This document shows positions 27,969 through 38,240 of a stretch of DNA of 64,000 nucleotides, in pieces (the stretch's first letter is position 1; every line of letters begins with the position of its first letter). The notes beneath the pieces were generated by a model. The model was not told the origin of the DNA. It ran no database searches and saw only the letters and a list, made by a program, of their open reading frames with translations. Origin of the DNA: a bacterium (GTDB lineage Bacteria > RBG-13-61-14 > DATKZS01). Made by a program: the position numbers and the translations under genes. Location of the stretch: NCBI GenBank assembly GCA_963674965.2, contig CAXXFL010000003.1, positions 480,001 to 544,000 of the forward strand. Direction: 5' to 3'.

Positions 27969-30900
27969 TTATCGGCGCGGGGCCGCGTCGGGCCGCCAGG
28001 TGATGAGGTCGAAGCCCTCGAGGACCAGGCCCGTCTCGTTTTCCGCCTCGGCTAAAAGGTCCTCGCCGTCCTTCTCGAGGATACCCTCTTCCACCGTCCA
28101 GATCACCACCTTTTTGTCCGAGCCCGCCGAGGCTATCCTGGCGCCGTCCGGAGAATAGACCGCTCGCCGGACGGGCCAGTCGTGACCGCGCATGGTGAGA
28201 AGACACTTGCCGCCGGAGATGGACCATATCTTGACCGCGTTGTCGTTCCCGCCCGAGACGACGTACTTGCCCGACGGTGAGGCAAGGGCCGAGTTCACCA
28301 CCCCCTCGTGGCCGATGAGGGTCTTGAGAGATTTGCCCGTCTTCGCGGACCAAAGCTTGATGAACGAGTCCTCCCCCGCCGAGATCACCGTCCCCGAGTC
28401 GGGAGTAAAGCAAACGCACCTCACCGCGTCCAAGTGGCCCTCCAGGGTCATAAGCTCCTCGCCCGTGGCCGGGTCCCAAAGCTTCACCGTCTTGTCCTCG
28501 CTCCCCGAGGCCGCCATCGAGCCGTCGGGGGCAAAGGCCGCGGAGGTCACGGCCCCCTCGTGGCCGTAAAAGGTGGTCTCGCTGAAAACGTCGTCGGTGG
28601 GCCAGGTCATCAGGGTCCGGTCCGCCCCGCCGGAAAGGATGAGCCTTGCGTCCGGGGAAAAAACGGCCGAGAAGACCGAGTCCAGGTGGTCCCGGTAAGT
28701 GGTCAAGTTAACCAGGGTCTTGGCGTCCCACAGCTTGATCAGGTTGTCGTTGCCGGCCGATAAAAGGAACTTGCCGTTCCTCGAGAAGTCCACCGCCTTG
28801 ACCGTGGCCTGGTGCCCGGTCAGGGTTGCCTTGAGCTCGCCTTGCCTCGACCACAGCTTGACCAGCATGTCCTCACCCGCCGTGGCCAGGGTCTCGCCGT
28901 CCGGAGAAAAAGCCGCCGCCTGGACCTCGCCTTTGTGGGCCTCGATCACCAGGGGAGAAGGGCCGTCCATCATCTCCCAGGCCGTGGCCGCCCCGTCCCA
29001 GCCCGCCGCCGCCGCCAGCCGCGAATCGGAGGAGAAGACCACTTTGGCCACCTCGTCCGAGTGGGCGGTGAAGACGCGAAGAAGCTCGCCCGTCTCGGCC
29101 AGCCACAGCCGCATGGTACGGTCGGCCCCGCTGGAAAGGACCAGGCGCCCATCGGGGGAGAAGACCGCCGAGTTAACCGGGCCCTCGTGCCCCTCGAGGC
29201 TCCGGACCAGCTCGCCCGAGGAGGCGTCGAAAATCCTGATCGCGCCGTCGGCGCATCCCGTGATGGCCAGCTTCCCGTCGCCCGAGAAACCCACCGAGTA
29301 AACCGAGTCCTCATGGCCCCCGAGCTTCAGGAGTTCCTTTTTGCGCGAGACCGACCAGACCCGGGCCGTCTTGTCCACGCCGCCGGAGACGACCTTGCCG
29401 CCGTCGGGTGAGGCCGCCACCGCCAGGACCATGTCCGAGTGTCCCGCCAGGAGGGCCGTTTCCCGGCCGGACTCGGCCGACCAGAGGCGGACCGTCTTGT
29501 CCTCTCCCCCCGAGACCAGGGTCTTCCCGCCGGGCAGAAAAGCCGCCGACCTCACCTGGCCCTCGTGCCCGGCCAGGACGCGAAGCGCCCCGGCCCCGCC
29601 GGAGGGGCTCCAGATAACTATCAGCCCGTCGCTTCCCGCCGTGAGCATGAGAGAGCCGTCGGACGAGAAATCGACCGCCGTGATCGTTCCCTCGTGTCCA
29701 TGGAAGACCCTCTCGCCTCCAGCCGTCTCGACCGCGTAATCGAAGCCCGGAGCGTTTCCCTTTGGCGGCAGGGTCCCGATCTTTTTCGCGGGCGGGATTT
29801 TACCGGCCTGGCTCCCCTTGTCCTTTTGCATGGGGCACAGCCGGACCTCGCCCAGAACGCAACTCAAGTCGCCCTCGGCGCATCCGGCGTGGGCCAGGAA
29901 ATCCGCCCCGGGCGAGAAGGCGACGTCCTCGATCCTGTGCCCCGACCCGGCGAAGGTCCTTTTTAAAATGGGCCTTACCTTGGAGACGGCCTCGCGGAAA
30001 AGACCGTCCCTGACCGGGGCCTCCGAGCCCATCTCCAGGGCCTTGGCGTAATACAGCCTCGCCTCCCCGAGCCGCGTCTCGTTCTCCGCCCGGACGCCGT
30101 ACTGGTAATAGGCCTCGGCCAGGTTGCGCTCGGCCTCCTTTTTCCTCTCCTCGGCCAGGTCCCTTTGCTCCTTGGCGATGGACTCGTTTTTCTCCGCCGC
30201 CAGCCGCATTCGGACCGCCAGGTTGCGCTGCTCCCGTATGGAAAAGTAGGACCAGGTGGCCACGATGAAGAGCACGACGAGGGCCGCCGCGGCCGTGGAC
30301 ATGACCGGCCAGCGCCTCTTGACCCACCTCTTTACCATCTCGCCCATCGAGTACTCGTAGGCCGACACGAGTCCACCGGCCATGAACCTGGTCACGTCCT
30401 CGGCCAGTTCCTCGGCGCTTTGATACCTCTGGCCCGCGTCCTTTTCCAGGCACTTCTCGCAGATGGCCGCCAGCTCGGGAGGGGCCAGGGGCTCCCTTTC
30501 CCGGACCGGCTTCACCGGCTCGCTTATGACCTTGCCCATCACCTCGTAGGGCGTGAAGCCGCCGAACGGAGGCTTGCCCGTGAGTATCTCGTACAGGACC
30601 GCGCCCAGGCTCCAGACGTCGCTTCGCTCGTCCACCTTGTCTATAAGACCGTCGGCCTGCTCGGGACTCATGTAGGCGGGAGTCCCGAGCGGACTGCCCG
30701 CGATGGTCTCGCCCGCGCCCGCCTGCTTGATCAACTCGATGCCGCGCTCGAGGTCCTCGGCCCGCTCGTCCGCCTGGCCCTTGACCTTGGCCAGGCCCCA
30801 GTCGAGCACGACCGTCTCTCCGAACTCGCCCACCATAACGTTCTGCGGCTTAAGGTCGCGGTGGATAACGCTCTTGGAATGGGCGTAGGCCATGGCCTGG

Positions 30901-31796
30901 CAAAGGTGCTGGAAATGGCTGAGAAGCATGAGGCGGTCCTTGACCTCGCCGCTCTCCCGAATCCTGTCCGTAAGCGTCTTGCCCTTCACCAGCTTCATGG
31001 TGTAATAAACCGAACCGTCCGACCGCTGGCCCATCTCATAGACGGGCACGATGCTGGGATGCTCGAGTTGGCCGGTTATGCGGGCCTCCCTGATGAAACG
31101 GACCATGGCCTTTTCCGCCGCCCGGGCGCTGGCCCCCGTCCCCGTGCCGAGTCTCGTCCCCGTCTTGCCCAGAAGCTCCTTGAGCGCCACGTCGCGCCCG
31201 ATGTGCTCGTCAAAGGCGAGTAGGACCCGGCCTATTCCGCCCCGCCCGTATTCCTCCTTGACCGTATAGCGGCCGGGCTGCTCGATGGTCACCTTGCCGA
31301 TGATGGCGAGGTAATCTCCCATCTGGGCTTGCTGGGTCGGCGCGTGGTGAGTCTTGACCTCCTGAGGCTCGGCCCGCCGCTCCGGGGCTTGCCTCGTCCG
31401 GCCGACGGTCTCGGCCGCGTCCCGGTCCTCTGGACCAGGAGGGGCCGCCTGAGCGCCGGGCCAGGACAAGGACGTTGAAGATCCCTCGCCGGGGTCGTAC
31501 CCGCCAAAGGACTCGAGGATCGAGTCCGACCCGCCGAAGGACGCGAGAGTGGCCATGACGTCGCCTCCCCTTTCGGCTATCTCGGCGTCAACCACGGGGT
31601 TGATGATGGCCCGGACCTCCTCCGATATCACCCCCTTCTCGACCAGCTTGAGGCTTAAGTCGTAGGCTCCATCGGGGTCAAGCTCCCGAGTGGCCCTGGC
31701 CAGGGCCTCGTCCGTTACGAAGTTCAGACGGACGGAGATGATGGCGAAAAGAAGGTTTCGCTCACGGGGGGTATGCTCTTTCTTCTCATCGTTCAT
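27969..31796 (-). CDS. Membrane Ser/Thr protein kinase with WD40 repeats
   Basis: GRGGIG, VALK, HRDLKPQN, LDWGLAK, GTPAYMSPEQ; TM segment; over a dozen GH..V..VAFSPDG...D.TV.LW repeats; ATG 31796 with GGAG RBS. Confidence 0.95.
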   Translation of the reverse strand: MNDEKKEHTPRERNLLFAIISVRLNFVTDEALARATRELDPDGAYDLSLKLVEKGVISEEVRAIINPVVDAEIAERGGDVMATLASFGGSDSILESFGGYDPGEGSSTSLSWPGAQAAPPGPEDRDAAETVGRTRQAPERRAEPQEVKTHHAPTQQAQMGDYLAIIGKVTIEQPGRYTVKEEYGRGGIGRVLLAFDEHIGRDVALKELLGKTGTRLGTGTGASARAAEKAMVRFIREARITGQLEHPSIVPVYEMGQRSDGSVYYTMKLVKGKTLTDRIRESGEVKDRLMLLSHFQHLCQAMAYAHSKSVIHRDLKPQNVMVGEFGETVVLDWGLAKVKGQADERAEDLERGIELIKQAGAGETIAGSPLGTPAYMSPEQADGLIDKVDERSDVWSLGAVLYEILTGKPPFGGFTPYEVMGKVISEPVKPVREREPLAPPELAAICEKCLEKDAGQRYQSAEELAEDVTRFMAGGLVSAYEYSMGEMVKRWVKRRWPVMSTAAAALVVLFIVATWSYFSIREQRNLAVRMRLAAEKNESIAKEQRDLAEERKKEAERNLAEAYYQYGVRAENETRLGEARLYYAKALEMGSEAPVRDGLFREAVSKVRPILKRTFAGSGHRIEDVAFSPGADFLAHAGCAEGDLSCVLGEVRLCPMQKDKGSQAGKIPPAKKIGTLPPKGNAPGFDYAVETAGGERVFHGHEGTITAVDFSSDGSLMLTAGSDGLIVIWSPSGGAGALRVLAGHEGQVRSAAFLPGGKTLVSGGEDKTVRLWSAESGRETALLAGHSDMVLAVAASPDGGKVVSGGVDKTARVWSVSRKKELLKLGGHEDSVYSVGFSGDGKLAITGCADGAIRIFDASSGELVRSLEGHEGPVNSAVFSPDGRLVLSSGADRTMRLWLAETGELLRVFTAHSDEVAKVVFSSDSRLAAAAGWDGAATAWEMMDGPSPLVIEAHKGEVQAAAFSPDGETLATAGEDMLVKLWSRQGELKATLTGHQATVKAVDFSRNGKFLLSAGNDNLIKLWDAKTLVNLTTYRDHLDSVFSAVFSPDARLILSGGADRTLMTWPTDDVFSETTFYGHEGAVTSAAFAPDGSMAASGSEDKTVKLWDPATGEELMTLEGHLDAVRCVCFTPDSGTVISAGEDSFIKLWSAKTGKSLKTLIGHEGVVNSALASPSGKYVVSGGNDNAVKIWSISGGKCLLTMRGHDWPVRRAVYSPDGARIASAGSDKKVVIWTVEEGILEKDGEDLLAEAENETGLVLEGFDLITWRPDAAPRR

Positions 31797-32005
31797 GGGC
31801 GACTCCAATTGGCGGATTCTATTGTCCGGCGCCGGGCGAACTAGTCCCCCCGGCCGCCGGGACGCGCCTACTCATAAATGGACGAATAATAATGGTTTTG
31901 CTTCCCGTTCATGGCGCGCCAAAAAAAACTTTTCCCGACTCTTAAGGAATTTGGATGAGTCATTTTACACGGGCGGACTTAAGTTTGGAAGCGGGAGGAA
32001 TCAAA

Positions 32006-33073
32006 TTACAGGCCGCAGGTCTCGAGGCTCCTTTTTAGACGACGCCTCAATTTGCGCGGCCCCGCGATCAAGGCGCCGAGAAGACCCCACCAGAGACCCG
32101 CGAGGTTGACGGCCACGTGAACCGCGTAAGCCGGGACCAGTACGGCCCCGGCCGTCAGGCGCCCGGCAAGCGAGACTTCGCCGTCAGGGCCGTCCCCCCT
32201 TCTTAGGGTCTCCAGCGCGGCCAGGCCGAGGAGCGGGACAAGGCACGCGGCCGCCAACCCAACGATCCCGGCCGTCCCGAGGCGCGCTCCGATATGCGCG
32301 GCCAGGGCCACCGCCGGCAAGGGAGCGGCGAGGGCCAGGAGGAACCCCGCGTTGCCCGCGTACATTCGAGGATGGACCACGAAGAGCTTGGCGCTTTGTT
32401 TCCTGAGATTGAACCGCTGGGCGAAGTAGGCCGGGCCAAAGGGACGCCGCTTATGGAATACCATGAGTCCGGGATCGAACGTGAACCTGGCGCCGAGTTT
32501 TTTGGCCATAAAGATATACTCCGAGTCCTCGCCCCCGTAGCCCAGCGCCTCGTTAAGGCCGCCCACCCGGTCGAACCAGTCGCGCCGGGCGATGAAGTTG
32601 ACCAGATGGACCTCGCCTATCCGGGCCTCGAGGAGGGACCCTCCGCCCCGGTAGGCCCGGCTGCCGCCGCCAATCAGCCTCGAGCAAAGCAGCATGTCCG
32701 TGAGGCGCTCGAGAAAGGGAGAGCCGGGGGGAATGAGGTTGGGCCCGCCCACCCCCGCGAAAATCCCGTTCCTCTCGAGATAGGAGACGCCGCGTACCAG
32801 CCAGCCGGGAGGCGCGTGGGCGTCGTCGTCAATAAAGGCCAGGTACTCGCCCTTCGCCCGGGTGGCCGCCAGGTTCCTCCTGAAAGCGGGGTTTCTGTCC
32901 TCGACGACCAGCGGCCTCAAAAGCGGCGAGCCGGGCAGGTGGGCGGCTTGTTCCTCGTCGCCCACCACGGCGATTATCTCGAGATCGACTCCCTCCTGGG
33001 CCAGAAGGGATGAAAGGCAGGGCTCGAGCTCGCCCCGGTCGAAAATGACGATAATCGAGGCGACGGGGCTCAA
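32006..33073 (-). CDS. Glycosyltransferase family 2 with C-terminal TM helices
   Basis: RRNLAA, LAFIDDDA DxD motif, GGLNE, GEDSE. Confidence 0.88.
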   Translation of the reverse strand: MSPVASIIVIFDRGELEPCLSSLLAQEGVDLEIIAVVGDEEQAAHLPGSPLLRPLVVEDRNPAFRRNLAATRAKGEYLAFIDDDAHAPPGWLVRGVSYLERNGIFAGVGGPNLIPPGSPFLERLTDMLLCSRLIGGGSRAYRGGGSLLEARIGEVHLVNFIARRDWFDRVGGLNEALGYGGEDSEYIFMAKKLGARFTFDPGLMVFHKRRPFGPAYFAQRFNLRKQSAKLFVVHPRMYAGNAGFLLALAAPLPAVALAAHIGARLGTAGIVGLAAACLVPLLGLAALETLRRGDGPDGEVSLAGRLTAGAVLVPAYAVHVAVNLAGLWWGLLGALIAGPRKLRRRLKRSLETCGL

Positions 33074-34491
33074 CGCGGGTCCCCCTTCATGAAGAGCACT
33101 CGAGCGCCCATGGCCGCGCCCTTTATCAGGCCGGAAAGACTCTGGACCCTTCTCAGCCGGCGAGCGATGACCTTGGGCCGGCGGTAGAACTTCCTGTACA
33201 TGGCCGCCAGCCCGGCCAGTATCTCGTCCTTATTAAGCTCCTCCTCCCAGACCGGCGGGGTGAAGTCCGGGGAGGGCGACGAGGCGAACTCGGACCAGTA
33301 GTCGCGCCCGATGACGCCCATCTCGAGTCCGGTCCGGTAGATGGGGGTCCCGGGGAAGGGAATGAGGACGCTGAAGTGTACGTAGTCCGGGTCAAGCTCG
33401 ATGGCCAGCTCGAGGGAGTGCTCCATGGTGGCCGCCGTCTCGCCCGGCAACCCGGCCATGAAATAGGCCAGGGTCTCGAGGCCCGCTTCCCTGGCCGCCT
33501 TGAAGGCCTCTCGCGCCTGGCCGATGGTGATGCCCTTTTGCAGGGACTCGAGGATTTTCGGGTCCCCGCTTTCGACGCCGAAATGGACGCGCCTGAGACC
33601 GGCGCGGGCCGCGAGCTTATAGTCCTCCGGGCCCAGGTCGCTTACCCGGGCCCTTATGTCCCAGGCCACGTCGATTTTTCTCTCGAGCAAAAGCTCGGCG
33701 ATCTCCCGCGCCCTTTTAGGGCTGGCCGTGAAGGTGTCGTCGTAAAACACGATCTCCTTTATGCCCATCTCCGCCGCGGCTTCCATCTCCTCGGCCACGT
33801 TGGCCGCGCTCCGGGCGCGGAAGCGCTTGCCCAGGTGGGGCCGGTCGCAAAAGGCGCAGCGGTGAGGACATCCCCTGCTGCTCATCATGGTGGTAATGGG
33901 ACGAAGGCCCGAGAGCACGGAATGGTAGATCGAGAGGCGGGACAGGTCCCGGGCCGGGAACTCGAGTTTGTCCAGGTCCTCGATAAAGGGAGCCACCTCG
34001 GGGCTACCGGCCCGGCCGTCCTTCCAGCGAAGGCCGGGGGGAACGGGAGCGGCCGGGTCGTTCCAGCCGGAGACCAGGGCCCGAAGGCTCTCTTCACCCT
34101 CTCCCCGCAGGGCCCCGTCAAAGGGACCGAGATCGAGGGTCTCCTTTTGGAAGAGATGCGGGTGTGGACCTCCGGCGATGATCCTGGTCCCGGGCCGGGC
34201 CGCCTTGACGGCCATGGCCACGTCCATGGCGTCCAGCAGGGTGAAGGTCAGGACCGTCAGGCCCACCAGGTCGTGGCCGCCCTCGATCACCCGAAGGGCC
34301 ACGTCATCCGCCGACATCCCCTCCGCGTGGGCGTCGATCACCGAGACCTCGACCCCGGGAAGGTCCCGGATGGAGGCCGCCAGATAGAGAACGCCCAGGG
34401 GAGGAAAGCTTCCCCGCGACCGCTCGACCTCGGGCGGAAGTATGCTCCGCACCGGGCGCCGGGAAGGAGGGTTGACCAGGAGGACCTTCAA
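33070..34491 (-). CDS. Cobalamin-binding radical SAM protein (class B methylase-like)
   Basis: MKVLLVNPP, PPLGVLYLAA, GGPHP, RGEGE, SRGCPHRCAFC (CxxxCxxC), FYDDTF, FGVESG, GLPGET. Confidence 0.93.
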   Translation of the reverse strand: MKVLLVNPPSRRPVRSILPPEVERSRGSFPPLGVLYLAASIRDLPGVEVSVIDAHAEGMSADDVALRVIEGGHDLVGLTVLTFTLLDAMDVAMAVKAARPGTRIIAGGPHPHLFQKETLDLGPFDGALRGEGEESLRALVSGWNDPAAPVPPGLRWKDGRAGSPEVAPFIEDLDKLEFPARDLSRLSIYHSVLSGLRPITTMMSSRGCPHRCAFCDRPHLGKRFRARSAANVAEEMEAAAEMGIKEIVFYDDTFTASPKRAREIAELLLERKIDVAWDIRARVSDLGPEDYKLAARAGLRRVHFGVESGDPKILESLQKGITIGQAREAFKAAREAGLETLAYFMAGLPGETAATMEHSLELAIELDPDYVHFSVLIPFPGTPIYRTGLEMGVIGRDYWSEFASSPSPDFTPPVWEEELNKDEILAGLAAMYRKFYRRPKVIARRLRRVQSLSGLIKGAAMGARVLFMKGDPR

Positions 34492-35378
34492 GAGCGCCTC
34501 TTCGCGATCAGGTCAGCCAACAGTCCAAGCACGAAAACCTGCACCGCCGTCAGCAGGATGACCACGGTGGTCACGTCCATGAACTTGCCCAGGGCGATGG
34601 ACGAAAGCCCCACCGCCAAGGCCGATATGGCCAGCGCTATGGACAAGGGCAAAAAAACCCTGAGAGGGTTGAAGTATAAAAACGTCCGGAGGATCAGGAT
34701 CAAAAGGCCCATGGTGTCCTTAAAAGGATTGAACTTGGACGAGCCCTTGCGAGCGAAGTAATCGATGGGAATGAACTTGATCGAGCGTCCCTCCGAGAGA
34801 AGGATGAGCGTGATGGTGCTGGTAAAGGAAAGGCCGTCGGGCAGGAGATGAAAGTAGCGCCTTACCTCGTCCCTTCTCATGAGACGCAGGCCCGAGTTAA
34901 GGTCCGGCACGTCCACGTCGGCCAGCGACTTGAGCAGCCGGATGATAAGCCGCTTCACCTGCGTCCGGGCCATGGGCTCCTCTAGCACTCCCCCCACCCT
35001 GGCGCCGACCACCATGTCGCTCCCGGCGGACTCGGCCACCAACTCGTCGAAACGGTCCGCCGGATAGGTGCCGTCGCCGTCGATGATGGCCACCAGTTCG
35101 CCCCGCGCCGCCGCGATCCCGGACTTTAGCGCCGCGCCGTAGCCCTTGTTGGTCTCGTGACGCTCGAGCCGTATAAGTCCATCCCGGGCCTTCTCGGACA
35201 GAAGCCTCGAGCACCCGTCATCGCTTCCGTCGTCCACCACGACAATCTCGTGGGCCGCCTCGATTTTGGAGTTGGCGATCGAGTCGAGGACCGCGCATAC
35301 TCCCTCCCGCTCGTTGTAAACGGGAATGACGATCGACAAAAGAGGCTTGTCCGCGTTAGCGTCGGCTTGTTTGGTCAT
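34488..35378 (-). CDS. GT2 polyprenol-phosphate sugar synthase-like (DPM1-like)
   Basis: SIVIPVYNE, VVDDGSDD, NKGYGAALKSG, IDGDGTY, DLNSGLR, RKGSSK, two C-terminal TMs. Confidence 0.9.
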   Translation of the reverse strand: MTKQADANADKPLLSIVIPVYNEREGVCAVLDSIANSKIEAAHEIVVVDDGSDDGCSRLLSEKARDGLIRLERHETNKGYGAALKSGIAAARGELVAIIDGDGTYPADRFDELVAESAGSDMVVGARVGGVLEEPMARTQVKRLIIRLLKSLADVDVPDLNSGLRLMRRDEVRRYFHLLPDGLSFTSTITLILLSEGRSIKFIPIDYFARKGSSKFNPFKDTMGLLILILRTFLYFNPLRVFLPLSIALAISALAVGLSSIALGKFMDVTTVVILLTAVQVFVLGLLADLIAKRRS

Positions 35379-35415
35379 GTCGGTTTCCTCGAGGGCGCCG
35401 GACTCGCGGGACCGG

Positions 35416-37317
35416 TCATCGCCCGTAAAAATATGGTTCCAGCCAGTAGGCGTCGTCGAAATTCAGATTGCCCCTCGGCCCCGGGTCGGTCCTGAATACC
35501 AGCATGGACGACCCTTCCAGGGAGACGGCCGTTTTTCGGACCGCCGCGGCGCCCCCCTCGGGAACGAACCGGGCATAGAGGAGCGAGGTTTTCCCGGGGC
35601 CGCCCTCAATATCATATACCGCGAAGGCGGTGAAGTTAACCCCGTCCGACTCGGCGAAGGGATGGGAGTGAACGATGGCCGGCTTAAACGACGCGAGATC
35701 GAATCCATTGGGAACGCGGGCCTGGGCCCATGCCCCTCCCTCTCGCGGGTGAAGTCCGACGGCGTGGACCGGCTCGACGCATTTTCCCGAGGCCGGGTCC
35801 TCGATCCACGAGGGCTTGCCGCTCTCGAGGCCGGCGGAGACCAGGCACGCCCTTTTACGCCCGGGCAGGATAAACGCGAGGCCCGGACCCGCGCTCGAGG
35901 ACTCGGGAAGGACCATGATCCGGCCCCGGTCCTCGACAAGACCATCCCTCACGTACACGCGCTCGCCGCCGAACTCGGCGGCGAGCCGATAGCCCGGACG
36001 TTCGCGTCCCAGGTCCTTAAGGCCCAGCACCTCCTCGTGCCTTAAGTCCAGGTGAATGAGGTCGGGGTCGTGGGACTCGAGCCACCGCGCCGAGGCCACC
36101 GACATGGGAAACAGGGTCTCGACGCCGCCGTAGAATTTATACGCTCCCACCGCCGCGCTGGAGAAGGCCGTTTTAATCCGGCCCTTGCCGAAATCCATCC
36201 GGGCCAAGGTGAAATAAGCCGGGTTGCGATGTCCGGCGGCGAGATAGTTTTGCGGGAGCAGCATAAGGAATAGCCCGATCAAAGCCAGGTGAAAGGCGCC
36301 GGCCCTCCTTAGCCCGATATGGACGGCCAGGCAAAGGAAAGGGGCAAGGTAGAGAAGATAAACGTAATGACGCGAAACCAGGCCGGGAGCGCTCGCCAGA
36401 AGGACCAGGAAGAAAAGGCCGAAAAAGGCCGCCGCCTTGGCCGCGGGGTCCCCCCACAAGCCCTTCTTCCCGCGGACGGCCGAGACTATCGAACCGGCCG
36501 CGGCGAGGGTCGCGGCCAGGGCGGCGATGGTTCCCGCCGTTCCCATCACCTCGAGGAAATGGAAACCAAGAGACGCGTAAGTCAGGGCACGAAAGAGCGC
36601 GAAGGGGTTGGCCCGCTCCGGAGCGTGAGAGAAAAAGGCGGCCTCCCCCGCCGCGCCGTATTGGTAGGCTTGAAGGGCGAGGAAACAAAACGTCTCCCAC
36701 CCGAAAAGGACAAGCAGCCGCTTTCGGGTCTCTTTGTCGCGCCAATAAAGGACCGCAAGGGAGGGGACGGCCAGGTAAACCGGCCAGTCCACCAGCGTCC
36801 CGGCGGTGACGACCGGAATCAGCGTCTTAAGCCCCGCCCCCTCCGCCATGACCAGATACGCGATGAGGGAGACCATGAAAATCGAGAGGGGCTCGTAATT
36901 CGTGGTCGTGCAGAGAATGAAGGGAAGGGGAAGAAAAAAAGCGGCCGCGAAAACGACCCAGGCCCGCTTTTCATCCGGGCCGAGAAAATTCCTCCAGAGC
37001 GCGGCCGCGCCGAAATAAAGAAGAAGGGAAAAAAGCCTGGTCACCGGCTCGTGGACGCCGAATATTTTATAGAGCGCGGCGTAGACAATATGGAGGAGGG
37101 GAGGATGGGCGGTATGATAAAAATTTTGCCCGTCCATATAGGCGAGGACGGGCAGGAAGCGGTCAGCCATGAAGCCCCGCTCGAGGTGGGTAAGGGCTAT
37201 GGCCTCCTGGAAGGCCGTCTCGAAGGGAAGGATGAACGGGCCCATCAAAGCTTCTCCCCTCCAGGCCGCGTAGGCGGCCAGGACAAAGACGGCTATGGCC
37301 CATTCACTCCTCTTCAT
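35416..37317 (-). CDS. GT-C-like integral membrane protein with C-terminal periplasmic domain
   Basis: TM1, YHTAHPPLL, EPVTRL, many TMs; start 37317 overlaps the epimerase stop. Confidence 0.65.
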   Translation of the reverse strand: MKRSEWAIAVFVLAAYAAWRGEALMGPFILPFETAFQEAIALTHLERGFMADRFLPVLAYMDGQNFYHTAHPPLLHIVYAALYKIFGVHEPVTRLFSLLLYFGAAALWRNFLGPDEKRAWVVFAAAFFLPLPFILCTTTNYEPLSIFMVSLIAYLVMAEGAGLKTLIPVVTAGTLVDWPVYLAVPSLAVLYWRDKETRKRLLVLFGWETFCFLALQAYQYGAAGEAAFFSHAPERANPFALFRALTYASLGFHFLEVMGTAGTIAALAATLAAAGSIVSAVRGKKGLWGDPAAKAAAFFGLFFLVLLASAPGLVSRHYVYLLYLAPFLCLAVHIGLRRAGAFHLALIGLFLMLLPQNYLAAGHRNPAYFTLARMDFGKGRIKTAFSSAAVGAYKFYGGVETLFPMSVASARWLESHDPDLIHLDLRHEEVLGLKDLGRERPGYRLAAEFGGERVYVRDGLVEDRGRIMVLPESSSAGPGLAFILPGRKRACLVSAGLESGKPSWIEDPASGKCVEPVHAVGLHPREGGAWAQARVPNGFDLASFKPAIVHSHPFAESDGVNFTAFAVYDIEGGPGKTSLLYARFVPEGGAAAVRKTAVSLEGSSMLVFRTDPGPRGNLNFDDAYWLEPYFYGR

Positions 37318-38212
37318 GGTCCTTGAAATATTTCCAGGTCCTTTGAAGGCCTTGCGCGAGTCCAACGGACGGCTCGAAGCCGGAGAGCTTTTTCAGGAGA
37401 CTCACGTCGAGCACTATCGAGTCCACGTCACCGGGCCGGATGGGCTCCCGTTCGGTTTCGATCCTCTTGCCCGTGACCTTCTCGACTGCCCGGACAAGGT
37501 CTAAAAGGGAAGTCCCCGCGCCGGAGCCGACGTTCACGGTCGCGTTCCTGGCTCCGCTTTCCACCAGCGCCGCGGCCGCCTCGGAGGCGTCGTCGATAAA
37601 GATATAGTCCCGGACCGTGTTCCCGTAGGCGGTAAAGGACCCGCCGTAAAGCGCGCGTTTCATCAGGGCGGGAATCGCGCCGTGCCGGTTGGTTATTTCC
37701 TGACCCGGCCCGTAAGGGTTGGAGGGGCGGAGGATCAGGTGGTCGAGTCCTTTTCTCGTTTTCGCCAGTCTGGTGAACTGCTCCATGGCCGCCTTGCAGG
37801 CCCCGTATCCCGAGACGGGACGCTCGGGCCTTTTCTCGGACGCCGGGGCTTGGCCCGTGCTCCCGTAAATCTGTCCGCCCGTCGAGTAGTAGACGATCGT
37901 CTCCGCGCCGGCCTCGGCGATGAGGTCGATGAAACGGACGTAGGGGACCAGGTTCTTCTCGAGCTCACCGGCCGGGTCGAGCATGGACTCGCCCGGAATC
38001 GAGGAATGGACAAGGTGGAACACCGCGTCGCCGCGCTCGATGGGGCCGGAGGCCAGGACGGGATCGAAGACGTCGGCCTCGATCCACTCGACGCCCTCCT
38101 CGCGGGGGGGCGACGCGTCCATCGAGACCACCCGCCATCCCCGTTTGATAAGCGACCTGGAAAGGCCCGACCCGAGAAAACCCGAGCCGCCCATGAGAAC
38201 CGCCCGCTTCAC
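37304..38212 (-). CDS. NAD-dependent nucleotide-sugar epimerase/dehydratase
   Basis: GGSGFLG, STGGQIYG, YGACK (YxxxK), RPSNPYGPGQ, RDYIFIDD. Confidence 0.93.
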   Translation of the reverse strand: MKRAVLMGGSGFLGSGLSRSLIKRGWRVVSMDASPPREEGVEWIEADVFDPVLASGPIERGDAVFHLVHSSIPGESMLDPAGELEKNLVPYVRFIDLIAEAGAETIVYYSTGGQIYGSTGQAPASEKRPERPVSGYGACKAAMEQFTRLAKTRKGLDHLILRPSNPYGPGQEITNRHGAIPALMKRALYGGSFTAYGNTVRDYIFIDDASEAAAALVESGARNATVNVGSGAGTSLLDLVRAVEKVTGKRIETEREPIRPGDVDSIVLDVSLLKKLSGFEPSVGLAQGLQRTWKYFKDHEEE

Positions 38213-38240
38213 GCGCGCTCTCCTATCAGTCCTGAAACTA

